Source: Utricularia gibba
Lineage: Eukaryota; Plantae; Magnoliophyta
DNA length: 64,000 nt
Direction: 5' to 3'
Assembly: GCA_002189035.1 (NCBI GenBank)
Contig: NEEC01000008.1
Location: forward strand, 558,001-622,000
Positions 49,814-62,645 of the stretch are shown here, in pieces (the first letter of the stretch is position 1; every line of letters begins with the position of its first letter). The translations under genes and the position numbers were made by a program. A model generated the notes under the pieces. That model searched no databases, was not told the DNA's origin, and saw nothing but the letters and a program-made list of their open reading frames with translations.

Positions 49814-51693
49814 ATGAATGGGGAATCACTAGTTAGTTCCAGCCAATGCGAAGAAGAAATGTGCGACCTGCAGATTCGCATTAATGGCCAACACACGTTC
49901 TTCCTCTCGGAGGTGATGCTTGTTTTAGTCATTTATGAGTGTGCGTTCATGCGTTCTTCCAAGTAACTGATTTACAGCATAAGGTTTGAGTGCTAATGGC
50001 GTTTGGTGACTGGGTTGCAGAGGATCATGTCCAAGTATTCGGTGAGGTTGAGGAAGATCATCAAACAAGAGAAGCAGAGGAGCCAGATCAGAGGTTCCGG
50101 AATTGAGATCGATGATTTTCCTGGTGGGGCTGATGGGTTCGAGCAGATTTCGCGATTCTGTTACGACAATGGGAAAATTGGTATCACCCCCTTCAATGTT
50201 TCCCTCCTCCATTGCTGCGCCCTGTTTCTGGAGATGTCTGAGAACGCCTCCAGTGTCAATCTTTTGCGTCAGACAGACGTTTTCCTGGAAAGTATTTTCT
50301 ACTGGCCCTGGGATGAAATCCTCATCTGCCTCAAGAGCTGTGAGCCATTTATCTGCATTGCAGAATCCTGTGGTCTCGTTCACAAACTTATATGTTCTCT
50401 TCTTGCAAAGATTGCCCAGAAATCAAATACCAGTTTTCAAAACGCCTCCCCTTCCTCATCTTCTTCTCCTGAAGCAGCTGCTGGTTTTAACTCCTCATCA
50501 AGGAAAGCTTGTTCTTGGTGGTACCAAGATATGACCATTCTAGGCCCCAGGATCATAGAGAAGTTCCTAAGAGCATTAGGATCCTACGGAAGTGAAAACA
50601 GCAACTTGGTGGTTACAAGATTTCTCCTGCACTATCTTCAAACCGCCCAGTGCTCCGATGGCGGCGGGATCACAAAATGTTCTCCCGCCGACTGCACAGG
50701 TCTGGCAGACACAGCGGTTCATGGGGTGCTGTCGACAGGAACAACGGCGTTTTCCTGTAGAGCACTCCTTCGGGTGCTGAGGGTTGCCGCTGGATTTGGG
50801 CTAAACAGAGAGCTCCGTTCACGGATGGAGAAACTCATCTCAGGGGTGCTTGATCAGGCAACGCTAGATGACTTGCTGGTGGCATCTGGAGGAGACGATG
50901 AAGGGGTTTATGATGTCAACCTCGTTCTCAGATTGACCAAACTCTTCGTCCATCACCATGGCCACTGTAGCCCCAAACAGATGAAGAAAGTCGGGCTTCT
51001 GATTGATATGTACCTGAGGGAGGTGAGCGCAGACCCCAGCCTGAGGATCTCTAAGTTCTTGGGGGTTGCAGAGAGCTTGCCTGAGCATGCCAGAGACTCT
51101 TATGATCAAGTTTACAGTGCAGTCGACATTTTTCTCGAGGTTTAGCTTTACTCTTAACAGCTTCCCCATCTTTGTGCTGATTACAAGGAAGCCTAAAAGA
51201 CACTGTGCCTTTCTGGTTGGTTGCAGTCTCATCCATCACTTTCATTTGAGGAAAGATCAAGGCTGTGCAGATGCCTGAACTATCGGAAGCTGAGCCTGGA
51301 GGCCTGCAGAGACCTGGCAAAGAACCCCCGCATCCCCCACGAATCGCGGTGGAGGCGCTCTCCTCGCAGCCGGCAAAGCTGGCGAACAACAATGGCTACG
51401 AGACCCCTGTTCTTGAAAGCAGCAGCAGTAGGGGCGTCTCTGATTGCAACTGGTATTCCACGTTTCTGCACAGCAGAATAGGCGGCAGCACATGGAGTGC
51501 CAACAACAGCATGTCGTCGGAGACGCAATGGTCGGCCAGCGGCGGGGAGGACGAAGACGCCAATCGGAACTTGGAGAAGATGCAGTGGAAGGTGATGGAA
51601 CTGGAGAGACTGTGCAAGGAAATGAAGGGTCAAATGTTGAGAATGGGGAGATCTTCCCCTCGGCTTAGCAGAACCCTCCCCAGAATGTGTTGA
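49814..51693 (+). CDS. BTB/POZ-NPH3 family protein; apparent 1-bp frameshift in exon 3
   Basis: Exons 49814-49912, 50021-51139 and 51227-51693. [104 protein letters not shown]|PRIAVEAL. Coiled coil and LPRMC end. Start could be 49859. Confidence 0.92.
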
Positions 51694-51948
51694 GCAGTTC
51701 AACTGCACTTCCAGTTGGTTCACATGTTTCTCTTCCTTTCCCATACCCACCGGGCCAACGGGAAGAAAACTCAGTGGAGGAGACAAGCTTCCTCTGGTAT
51801 CGGAATACAAAAAAGCAGCGGCAACGTAGGAAACAAATCCAAACGGGGAAATATCATTCAAAGTTTTGTTGGCAACCTATCCTTAAACAGTAAAGCAAGC
51901 GGTAAAGAACAAAAATTTTCTCCGGGCACAGTTGGTGGAGCTTCCGGA

Positions 51949-54900
51949 TCACTCATCATCGTTGAATGTTGTCTTTTTCCCTGCATGGTTAATGAGATTA
52001 CAAGTTAGAAAAAGTGTGTCCATGCCTAACGCACCGGAAAGAGAAGAGTTGCTCGTTATAGAGAGAGTCAAGGTACCAGATGCAGAGATGGAAGGCTTGT
52101 TAAAAGATCCACGGCCACGGCCACGACCATCACTGTTAAACCGGCCACGGCCATCACCACTGAAGCGGCCACCATCACGGCCACGGCCTCGGCCATCACC
52201 ACTGAAGCGGCCACCATCACGTCCACGGCCACGGCCACGACCACTTCTACCCCCAGAACGATCACCACCTTGAAAATCTCTTCCTCCACCAGAGGAGCTA
52301 AAATCTCCTCTAGGCCTAGGTTCCTCGACAGTCAGGGTGCCATTCCCAAACTCAGAACCGTTTAGCTCCAAAGCTTGACTACGTGCACCAGCTTCATTGA
52401 AATCGATGTATGCAATCCTGAAAGAGAAGGACAAGTTTACACTTTAATCAACAATTCTACAAATTTTTTTCGCTAAAAGAACTGAGATGGCAGAAGAGAA
52501 GCATACCCCTTGAAGGCACCCTCTGGATCTTTCGGAAGAGAAATTCTAGAAATATCACCACAACCACCAAAAAACTCCTCTAGGGAACTCCTTATCTGCA
52601 TTGTCAATTGAAAACACGCACATTCTAAGAGAAAATGTTGGTGTCTAAAATTTATACACTTGTGATAGTAAAAAAATCAGGTATTTCATATGGAAAGCCA
52701 ACCCTAACCTCCTCTTCACCATTCTCCTTGTCAAATCCACGAACAAACACAGTGTGTCTCGCTCCCTTCTGAAATTGACTATCTCTGCCAACGAAAATGT
52801 GCTAACGACATTCCACATACAAGACTTTTGATGGGTTAGCTATTCATGATAGAGGAAAGATAGCGCCATACCCGCTCTTTTGGTTAGTGAATCCCCTCTC
52901 TCTTGCATAATCGATATTCACAGGACGTCCAAGCAAATCTTTACCATTCAATTGCCGAACGGCCTAAAACATTGAATGTAGTTCCTAAGAACACATAAAA
53001 CTGCAACTTGACAACTTTCAGCTTTCTTCTATTTTTTATATACTTTTTGAAAGAACAACACGCAAAACTAATCTCAACACGCGCATACCCTCTCAGCAGC
53101 CTCAGGAGAAGCGAACTCAACGTGCGCATAGCCCTTGAATGAACCATCTGGAGTCATGGAAAAACGTACATCAACAATTTCTCCCACGGGTTTGAAGAAG
53201 TTCTCGCTGTAAAAAAAAAAAAGGGAACCATGAGAATACGAATTGAAGTTGGTCAGTGTTTTAGGAGATCAGGCAACCGTTCTTACACATCAGCTTGCTC
53301 AACCGAGAAGGATAGGTTGCCGACAAAAATCGACTTTGGTCCCTCTGCTTTGGGAGTAGATGGGGTCTTTGGCAGCTAAGATTAATTACAATTTATCAGA
53401 AATGGAGCAACATCGTGCAATTATCACATCATCCCCTTATAAGACAAGCAGAGTCCACATAGATCAACTCACAACCTTTTCTGCTGAAAGCCCTTTCTGC
53501 ACATTGGGCTTCGTAGCAACGACATCTTTCATCTTAACATCTGCATTCTGTTCAAAATTCAAAGGAGTACATATCAAATGCACTAAAAATAAAGACCACA
53601 AGCTATGGACAGGAACTATATTATTTACTTTTTTCTTTGAGGCATTGAGTGTTTTTGTATCTTCTTCTGAAGAGTCATCCTCATCTTCTGATGATTCCTC
53701 TTCTGAGCTGCTTTTGGCAGGTACCTCCTGAAGGAATTAATAGAAATACCGAACGAATGAGCTTAAAACAGCAATTTCTGATATTGAAATCGCATGTTTT
53801 CAATCACCTTTTTTTCTTTTCAGTTTCTTCCTCTTCATCACTCTCTTCACTACTACTATCCTTGGCGTCATGAGATTCTACCTTTTTCATCTGAGGCTCT
53901 TCATCTGTACTTTCATCATCGTCACTATCGTCAGATGATGATGGCTTTACCACCTTTAAAAGAAAAGTTATCAATGAACTAACACAATATACAAATGATA
54001 TATTGTTTTTAGCCTGGAACCCAGTGCGCAATTCCAATGCACACATTACCTTGCTAGATTCATTTTTTTTGCTTGTGAAGCCTTTCCCCTGATCATCTGT
54101 ATTCTCATCAGAACTATCATCATCACTGCTGGATTCCTCCTTATTTTTGGCAGCAACTGTATGCCCATTTACGGCAGCTGCAGGAGCAGTTTTGGCTGAT
54201 GGGAGGGGATCCTCATCAGAACTAGTTTCTTCTTCGGAATCAGATTCATCATCACTCGAATCCTTCTTAGGGTTAGCTGCGGAAGTTTCCACCTTAGGCG
54301 GAACTTTACGGGTCACTGTGCCATTATCTTCTTCATCAGAACTAGAATCCTCATCAGAATCATCTTCAGAATCGGAGTCATCACTAGAATCGACTTCCAC
54401 CACAGGAGCAGCTCTACTTGCCTTTGTCGCAGCAGGTTTTGTCGTTTTGGCAGCATTATCATCCGAGCTGGTTTCCTCTTCAGATTCATCGCTTGAGGAA
54501 TCTTTCTTTCTGTTACCTATATGCCCGTTTTTTGAAGCACCGGAAGTTGCAGGCTTTTTAGCAAGTACAGGCTTAGTCTGTGCAGGGGAAACAATCCATC
54601 AATAAAAAATCGGAGCTAAAAACAAAACTAAAACATGGGGTAACAATTACAAGTGAAGAAGAGTAAACCGTAAGAAAGAATTAAACCTTGCTGTCCTCGG
54701 ACTCTGAACTTTCTTCTTCGGAGGTGTCAACTACCTTTTTTACCTCCTTTTTCTGCGCCTTGACCTCAATCTTTTTTTCAATCACCTTCTGCTTCTTAGA
54801 GCGGACTATGTCCTTCTCCACATCATTCTCTGCTTCTCTTTTTCCTACACGCGTTAAACCAAAATATTATACAATTGAGAACATTCGCCAAGTATCTTCA

Positions 54901-55152
54901 CCCTACCAGAAGAAAGAAAGTCCAGGCTCGATAGAGATCAACGCTTTACAAGAATGAAGCAATCAGAAAACAGTAAAACACACCTTTTTTCAAAATCTTA
55001 GGAGGGTCAGCCATAACGGTATCTTCGGCCTGCAGAAGATAGAGAATACGTAAACCTCCAGGAAAAAAAAAAATTGAAACTGAAGTTCTAAAAGAAGTGT
55101 CCAGCACCTTCTTCACGACCTTGGTAACGGAAGCCTTCGAGGATTTACCCAT
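51949..55152 (-). CDS. NUC1: Nucleolin-like protein (acidic/Ser-rich N-terminus, two RRMs, GAR tail)
   Basis: MGKSSK start; SSD/E tracts; RRM1 SIFVGNLSFSVEQADV...FKGYAHVEF; RRM2 TVFVRGFD...KG.AYIDF; RGG repeats; C-terminal GKKTTFNDDE*. Confidence 0.96.
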
Positions 55153-55528
55153 TGACGGTTACCAAGAAGACACTCCAGAAGGCGAAGTACAGAGGGCGGC
55201 GGAGAACTTCCTGTACGAGAAGCCCTGAAGCAAGAAGGTGCCAGCAACGACGATGTAGGCGATGGACTACAGATATATAGAGGACAAGCGCCGCGACTAG
55301 GGTTTTGCGTTTTTTTACCCTTTTATTGCTATTAAATATTTATTAAATAAATATTTTTCTGCGTAAATTTTCAGATTTATTTCCCTTCGTTCCCGAGGAG
55401 GTCGATTTTTACCAGTTCTCCATCCATCCCTCCCCCCAAAAATCTAAGCTTTTAGTCCCACATCGGATTTTTTTGTTCCTTTTTCTCATCACCGGCAGCG
55501 ACTTTGGGCTCCCACGGCTTTTTTTAGA
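55153..55528. promoter_or_regulatory. Short divergent intergenic region (376 bp between start codons) with a telobox
   Basis: TAGGGTTT at 55298-55305 (AAACCCTA on the nucleolin strand); TATA-like atatata near 55273. Confidence 0.55.
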
Positions 55529-57140
55529 ATGATGATATGTAGTTCTCGCATTTCGCAGCAGGTGCGAGACTGCAATCCTCGACAATTTGGAGTTGGGTAT
55601 TGCAGCGGGAGTTCTTGTTTCAGTCGGGGAAGAGCTCCGCGTCGGCCGATTCGCAGGTTTGCGTTCTGGTGTAGGTGCAGGAAATCTGCTTGTTTCACAA
55701 GATTCAACTCATTGACAAAAAGAGGTCCCTATGCCTCCGTGGCTTCTTCTTTGCTTGTCGCAAGTAATAGCGAAGAGTTACCGGCCGTGTGTTTTGGCAA
55801 CAGCGACAGTTTCCGGAAGTATTCCTCTGAAAGTCCATCAGATTCGTATGTAGTTTAACCTCAATTAGCCATTAATTTCCGCTTTTTTTTCGAACTGATT
55901 CCCGTCTCTTCACTGCCAGAGAATGAAATCTTTCCTTAGTTGCATCCATCAAGAGCTGCCTTGTTTTATTTGGTTTCGTTTTAGGAACACTCTAGCTGAA
56001 AACGGCGGTTGCCCAGCGTCACAAGTGCTATCTCCAGTTGCAGGTGGGTTTCTCTGGATTGGTTTAACTGTTTTGTTTTCACTCGTCATTTCAGCTTTGT
56101 TTGCTTTATCTGCGTTTTTTTCATTGGTCGTATTAGATTTGTTACTCTGCTGTTTTACCTTCTGTACATAATAGGAGGGATAGTAGCTCTAGGGAAGTTT
56201 GATGCCCTTCATGTTGGTCATCGAGAACTTGCAATTCATGCTGCAAAGATAGGAGTTCCTTTTCTTCTCTCGTTTGCCGGAATTGCACAAGTACTTGGTT
56301 GGGCACCAAGGTGCATAATATCTGCACTTTTTCAACCGAAAACAGAATATTTACTACATTCTCACCGTCTTTGGGAGCATTTTCTTCAACTGCAGGATTC
56401 CTATAGTTGCTGAACCTGATCGGCAACGGGTTCTCTCATCATGGACCCCATTCTGTGGCAACATGACTCCAAAGGAATTCCAGCTTGAGTTTTCAAGCGT
56501 TCGCTATCTCACTCCTCAACAATTTGTAGCCAAGCTAGCAGAGGAGCTTGGAGTTCGTGGGGTTGTTGCAGGTGTGCAATACCTCTCATCTTCAGTCTTG
56601 AGCTAAAGTTCAGATAACAGGCTTAACGATGCCTCCTCAGGTGAGAACTACCGGTTCGGTTATAAAGCTTCTGGCGATGCATCCGATCTGGTTCGACTAT
56701 GCAATGAGTATGGCATGATAGCCCGTGTCATTGACTGCGTCATGGACAAAAACCAGGATCATCCCTCACGGACACCACCCAGCAGCTCAAAGGAACAAGG
56801 CCAAGTATCCTCAACTCAGGTCCGCCACGCCCTCGCCATCGGAGACATGAAATATGTCTCCCAACTGCTAGGACGCCCGCACCGTCTTGTCATCCGACAC
56901 GAAGACAGTCAGAGCCTGGTATTAGATTCAAAAAGGGTGTTTGCTCCAAGGTCCTGTTTCTTGAATCTGCCCCCAAGAGACGGTGCTTACAAGCAATGCT
57001 CTGTGATCATGGGCGGTGGAGAGGCGTTGCCCTGCAGAGCCGACATCGATGCAAAAGGTATTCTCTTAGAGTTAGACGTGAGTGGACTCCATCCTGATGT
57101 CATCAGCAGCCAAACAGTAGCCATCGACTTTGAGGGTTGA
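55529..57140 (+). CDS. RIBF: Plastid FAD synthetase (RibF-like FMN adenylyltransferase), 5 exons
   Basis: Exons 55529-55845, 55985-56043, 56175-56310, 56396-56571 and 56641-57140. Transit peptide; [24 protein letters not shown] (HxGH); [17 protein letters not shown]; [24 protein letters not shown]. Confidence 0.94.
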
Positions 57141-58157
57141 TGTCGTTATCTATTGATATACTTTTGAACTGCTGGTGTAACCAAATATGAAATATGCCTT
57201 TGAAGGCAAGAGATGTTGGTTCCACTGTTCAAGGCAGCTTTGCTCTCTGCCCGCCTCTAGACTGTAGAGGTAGTCATGGGGGTTAATCCTATGAGTTGGA
57301 CCCATTATTCGAAACCATGAAAAACTGGTATAGAATGGATTCGTAGTATACGAGTATGGGTTGATTCAACAGATTGGATCTGAAACATAATCCAAAAGTA
57401 AAAAAAAGATTGTGTCATATATCAAAATGATTGGGCTTAATTCGAATTAAAGTAAATTAATGTTAGTAATTTAAAATAAAAAATATTATAATGATTCAAA
57501 TCAACTTGTAATTGTAGATTAGTGTAATCTATCTATCTGTTGACTGGTATTATCCATGGAATCACAAGTTTTATTCTCGATTTGATGAGTTCGATCCGTC
57601 ATCCATTGAATCGGTGCCCACTTTTAACCAGCCCCTTCCACTTCGTGGAATATTCTCTCTGGTGCTTGAAATTCTCTCTGTTTTGCGGCATTTAAAAGCG
57701 CATTATTAGCCCCATGACATGTTTTTAAAACGTGTGGTGGGAGGGAGGGGCTGGGGCGTGGCGTATTATAAAAAGGGGAGAATTTCTTGAATCGTGTTCC
57801 GTGACTCCCTTGCCGCGTTGGTTGAAGTTGAACAGCGCATTTTGGCAACTTCTTCTTCTTCCGGGAAACGTCCGCTCGCTGACCCCTCCCCCGCTGGTTG
57901 CGTGATCCTTCGTTCGACTTAGCCTGCATCTCCAAGAATCAGGTTATAATCGGAACAATCAATTTTTTTAGTTTCTGTATACGTTCTCTGATCTGGATCT
58001 CCTTTTTCGTTAGGTTATTTCGTAATCTGTTTCTTGGAGTTGCTACCTAAAGGTATCGGTGAATATTGTCGTCGCCGTGATTCACGGGATTTTATCGGTG
58101 TTTGGGGGTTTCTTTTTTTTTTTTTTTTTATAGATTTTGGGGTAGCGGTAGATAGAA

Positions 58158-59750
58158 ATGGCCTCCTTGTCCGGGATCTTTCAGAGACCGGCTCTTGCTG
58201 TGTCAGCGGTAGCGGTGGCCTCTGTTTCTGCCGATTTTTATGATAAATCCGGTCAATCAAAACCCTCATCGGATCCGTCTTCTATCTTGGAACATGACCA
58301 GTCGTCATGTTCCCAATCTTTGGGAAAACCAAATTTTTCGTGGGTTTCCCGGATATCGGGTTCGAAGTTATCCCAATTGTCTTTCATTACAAGATTTCAG
58401 CTACCAGTTCCTGGGGTTCATATGTCAATTCCCAACTACGAACCTAAAAATTCTTTGTTGACATCTTCAACCGTTTTGTTCAATCTGTACAAGTCAGTTG
58501 ATTTGTTAAAGACTGCAAACCCCACCTCATATTCTTTTAAGGCTCCTTCATCGCCTTCAGATGTCCTTTATCAGTGGAATTTGCCTGATTCTACTGCTAT
58601 GGACACCTCTGGTCTATCTAATTCTTTGTCTCCTAACTCCAAGACAGTGGTGGTTTTGCTTGGATGGCTAGGCGCCAAGCAGAAACACCTCAGAAAATAT
58701 GCCGAGTGGTATACATCAAGAGGATTTCATGCCATTACGTTTACCTTCCCAATGTCTGAAGTCATGAGTTATCAAGTGGGTGGAAAAGCTGAGCATGATG
58801 TGGAGTTACTGGTGAATCATCTTGCTGAATGGATGGAAGAGGAGGATGGAAAAAATTTAGTGTTTCATACGTTTAGTAACACGGGGTGGCTAACGTGAGT
58901 CTTCTACTTCTCTCTCAGCCCTAGTATATGGTACAAAAATCTGATTGTTGGTTCTACGTTTGTGTTTGGTAGCTATGGAGTTATGCTGGAGAAGTTTCAG
59001 ATGAAGGATTCTGCCCTGACACAAAGAATTAAGGGTTGCATAGTGGACTCTGCTCCTGTAGCCGCTCCTGATCCACAGGTGCGCCTAGTCGTGAAACATT
59101 TGCACTGGTGTCTTTGTGCACCAATGCAGCAGAAAAATAGTGTCTCGTTTTATGCATCCTGCTCATCCACTTTTACGCTGCTAGGTCTGGGCTTCTGGTT
59201 TTTCTGCTGCTTTTCTGAAGAAGAATAGTGTTGCAACGAAGTCATCTGTTAGCACACCGGAGGATGTTGGAACCAGAACCACCATCGAACTCAAACCTGC
59301 TGCAACCGAGGCAATTCTCCTTGCCCTCCTGGAGAAGATCTTTGGAGTTGTTCTGAGCCATCCAGCCATCAACAGGTAGCAATCTTCTTCTTCACTCGCC
59401 GATGGTTTAGATTCCAAGTCGCATCCCTCCACATTACAACAGGGGCGACGATTTTTCAGGTACGTGTGCTTATTAATCAGGGATTGGTTTCAAATTCTGC
59501 AGGAGGCTTTCAGAAGTTCTGACGGTTCTAACAACTAAACAACCAGCATGCCCACAACTCTACATCTACAGCTCTGCTGATAAAGTCATCCCAGACAGTT
59601 ACGTAGAGGCCTTCATCGAGGAGCAGCGCAGAAGTGGCCGCCGTGTCCGGGGTTGTAACTTCGTCTCCTCGCCCCATGTCGACCATTTTCGCAACAACCC
59701 CACATTATATTCTTGGCAGCTGCAGCAGTTCTTGAAGGACTGCATTTGAT
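58158..59750 (+). CDS. TMEM53/DUF829 alpha/beta-hydrolase-like protein, 4 exons
   Basis: Exons 58158-58894, 58973-59078, 59185-59375 and 59503-59750. VVLLGWLGAKQKHL.KYAEWY, FHTFSNTGW, GCIVDSAP, PQLYIYSSADKVIP, SPHVDHFR. Confidence 0.92.
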
Positions 59751-60815
59751 GATGATCACGAAAACTTCTGGCGTTCACAACAGATGAAGGATGCAAGCAA
59801 AAGCTTCCTCTCTGCACTGGGGGGATCTGTCGTCTGTGGTTAGAATAAAAGTCTGCTGATATGCCATGGTTGTCCTCTCCCTGCAAGCAGGCATTTGTCT
59901 AGGTGTATATTCTTAACAACCAGGGATTTGAATATATTGAAAAACATTTTAATAGGAGAAAGATTTTATTTATATTTATATTTTACTTATTTTTTAAGAA
60001 TTATGATATATTGATTCTGTTGTTTTATATAAATTCATGTAATCAATATATGGATTCATATATGCATATACGAATTCACGTACATATGTCTAATAATTTT
60101 TATTAAAAATATTATTATTCAATAAACTTATTTAATTCGTCAATTATAATTTCATTTTATCTCAGTTGTGGCTATGTCAGTTAACTTTTTCATTCTCTAT
60201 TTAGATCTTAAATTATTATTTATAATATATATATATAGTTTTTTATGAATTAATTTATTATTCAAACTATGAATAATTGATTCTAAAAATAAATATATAT
60301 CAAATATACTAATTTATTATTATATATTATTGAGATTAAATTTATATATTTTAATAAATATATTTTATTTTAAATACAAAATATATCTCTAAGTGTTGTG
60401 AATTTTTTGTATTTATATTTGTGTATCCACGAATCCATAAACCCATATTTGTGCATCATTGAGTGAGACACATAAATTTAATCCACATATTCTAAAATTT
60501 AGTCATATTAATGTCAACCACAATCTTTCATCAATCGTGCTTTATCTGATGAATCATGCATTCTTATACATGAATGTGTCGTGTCGCCTTGTTTCCTTTT
60601 CATTGGAGAATGTAAGACAGAGCACAAGTTTTGAATATTTTAGCAATTTAAATTAAAAAAAAACAAAAAGAGAGGCATTTGAAAATATTTGGGGTATTTT
60701 TGTCATTTAGTTGGAATGCCAGGTGTCTCCTGGTTACCTTTGGAGGGGATAGGCATATCATAATTGCTTGCGGTAAGTAACCTTAAGGTCGTGAAACTGC
60801 CGTGCGGTCGGTCCG

Positions 60816-62392
60816 ATGGGCAGCGATCTTCACGGTGATGGTCGCGGCGCGTGTATCAACGACTCCCTTGCAGACGACCATCTCAGGGCGGTTCTGTCGA
60901 AGCTGAGCGACGAGAAGGACAAAAATGTTTTTGGACTCGTCTGCAAGAGGTGGTTGTGCCTCCAGAGCGCAGAGAGAAGACGGCTTTGCGCTCGGGCCGG
61001 GCCGCACATGCTCAAACGCATGGCGTCTAGGTTCACGAACCTCCGAGAACTTGACCTTTCTCAGTCGATTTCACGATCCTTCTTTCCCGGTGTCTCCGAC
61101 AGTGATCTCGCCGTGATTGCCTCTTCTTTCTCAGCTTTGCGAGTACTCAACTTGCGGAACTGCAAAAGTGCGTAGTGGTTTTTTCATCTATGGGTAATTT
61201 ACATATTGATTTATGTGTGTGCTGTTCCTTCTGAGATTCTTTGACACTGAAGCTCAGTTCTTTTACCGATTTTCCTTTGAACCCTCCGCTGTGGTTTCAT
61301 CATTTTCAAATTAGGCCTGAATTATAAGAAATGAGTTCATACGATCGACGATGTTGTATTTAGTTCATTGGATTTTGATGCAAGGAATTTTCCTTTTCAG
61401 CGGAAGATCCAAAAGTCGAATCTTTAACTTTTTTGGCGGCCAAATTTTGATGATCTGTTTTTTTTTTTTTTTTCTATGCAGGCATAACAGATAAGGGAAT
61501 TACAGCAATAGGATCCGGCCTTCCTTCTGTTCAATTTCTCGATGTTTCCTACTGCAGAAAGTTAACTGATTCAGGGTTATCATCAGTTGCAATGGGTTGC
61601 CATGAACTAAGAGCATTGCATGTTGTGGGTTGCAGACTGATTACTGATGCTCTGTTGAGAGTGCTTTCCATGAACAGCCGTAGTTTAGAGGAGTTGGGTT
61701 TGGAGGGATGCACAAATTTGACAGACAATGGTCTCACGGTTCTCGTAGAGGGCTGTAAGAAATTGAAGTACTTAAACCTTGATAAGTGTAGTAATATCGG
61801 AAATGCAGGCATCAAGGCCGTTTCTGAAGTGTGTTCTTCTTCCCTGTTAACAATGAGGTTGCTAGACTGCTACAAGGTTGGTGATGCCAGCATTGCATCG
61901 CTAGCCAAATATTGCAAAAACCTAGAGACACTAACGATTGGTGGATGTCGAGCCATATCAGATGAATCATTGAAGTCATTGGCCTATGCGTGTTCCAGCA
62001 GTCTCAAGGTTCTGCGTATGGATTGGTGCTTAAACATCTCAGACAGCTCCTTAGACAGCATACTCTTCCTCTGCAGGGAACTTGAGGTTCTCGACATCAG
62101 CTGTTGCGAGGAGATAACTGATGCTGCGTTCTTTGCAGTAGGTAACGAGGGTCTCAAGCTGGGATTGAGAATCTTGAAGTTAAAAAACTGCCCGAAGATT
62201 ACGGCTGATGGAATTCTCCAAGTAGTGAGGACATGCTCAGCTCTTGAATATCTTGATCTGCGCGCATGTCCACATGTTACTGAAGCAAGTTGCAATGAGG
62301 CTGGTGTAAGGTTTCCAAGCCATTGCAAGGTTAACTTTACAGGAAGCATTGCAGAACCAGAAGTTTGCTGCTACTCTGAGAAATTTGAGTAA
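60816..62392 (+). CDS. F-box/LRR (RNI-like) protein, 2 exons
   Basis: Exons 60816-61167 and 61482-62392. CINDSL.DD.LRAVLSKL....DK.VFGLVCKRWL.LQS.ERRRL.ARAGPHML, followed by cysteine-containing LRRs (LxxLxLxxCxxITD). Confidence 0.93.
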
Positions 62393-62645
62393 GCTGGGCT
62401 TGTTTTTCCTGTCATGTTATTGCTTGTTGTAACTAAAAGGTGTGTGCTTTCCGTTTCTGCTACTCCTCGCTCACATGATTTTAGCGGTGATATTAGTACT
62501 GATTATTAAGGAGGTGATTATTTCCAAGACAGCATACTCTGAAGACACAGTCACTGAGGCTGGATCACTTTTTCCCTCAGTTTATTCACTATAAGACATA
62601 CACATCCCGGAGATTTCCGTCAAGATTCAATCTTTAGCTTCTTTC

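Noticed and set aside
51280-51861. 193-aa antisense ORF over the BTB-NPH3 last exon
   Set aside because: A shadow of GC-rich coding sequence with no motif. The same applies to the antisense ORFs over the SAM, Rieske, nucleolin and F-box exons.
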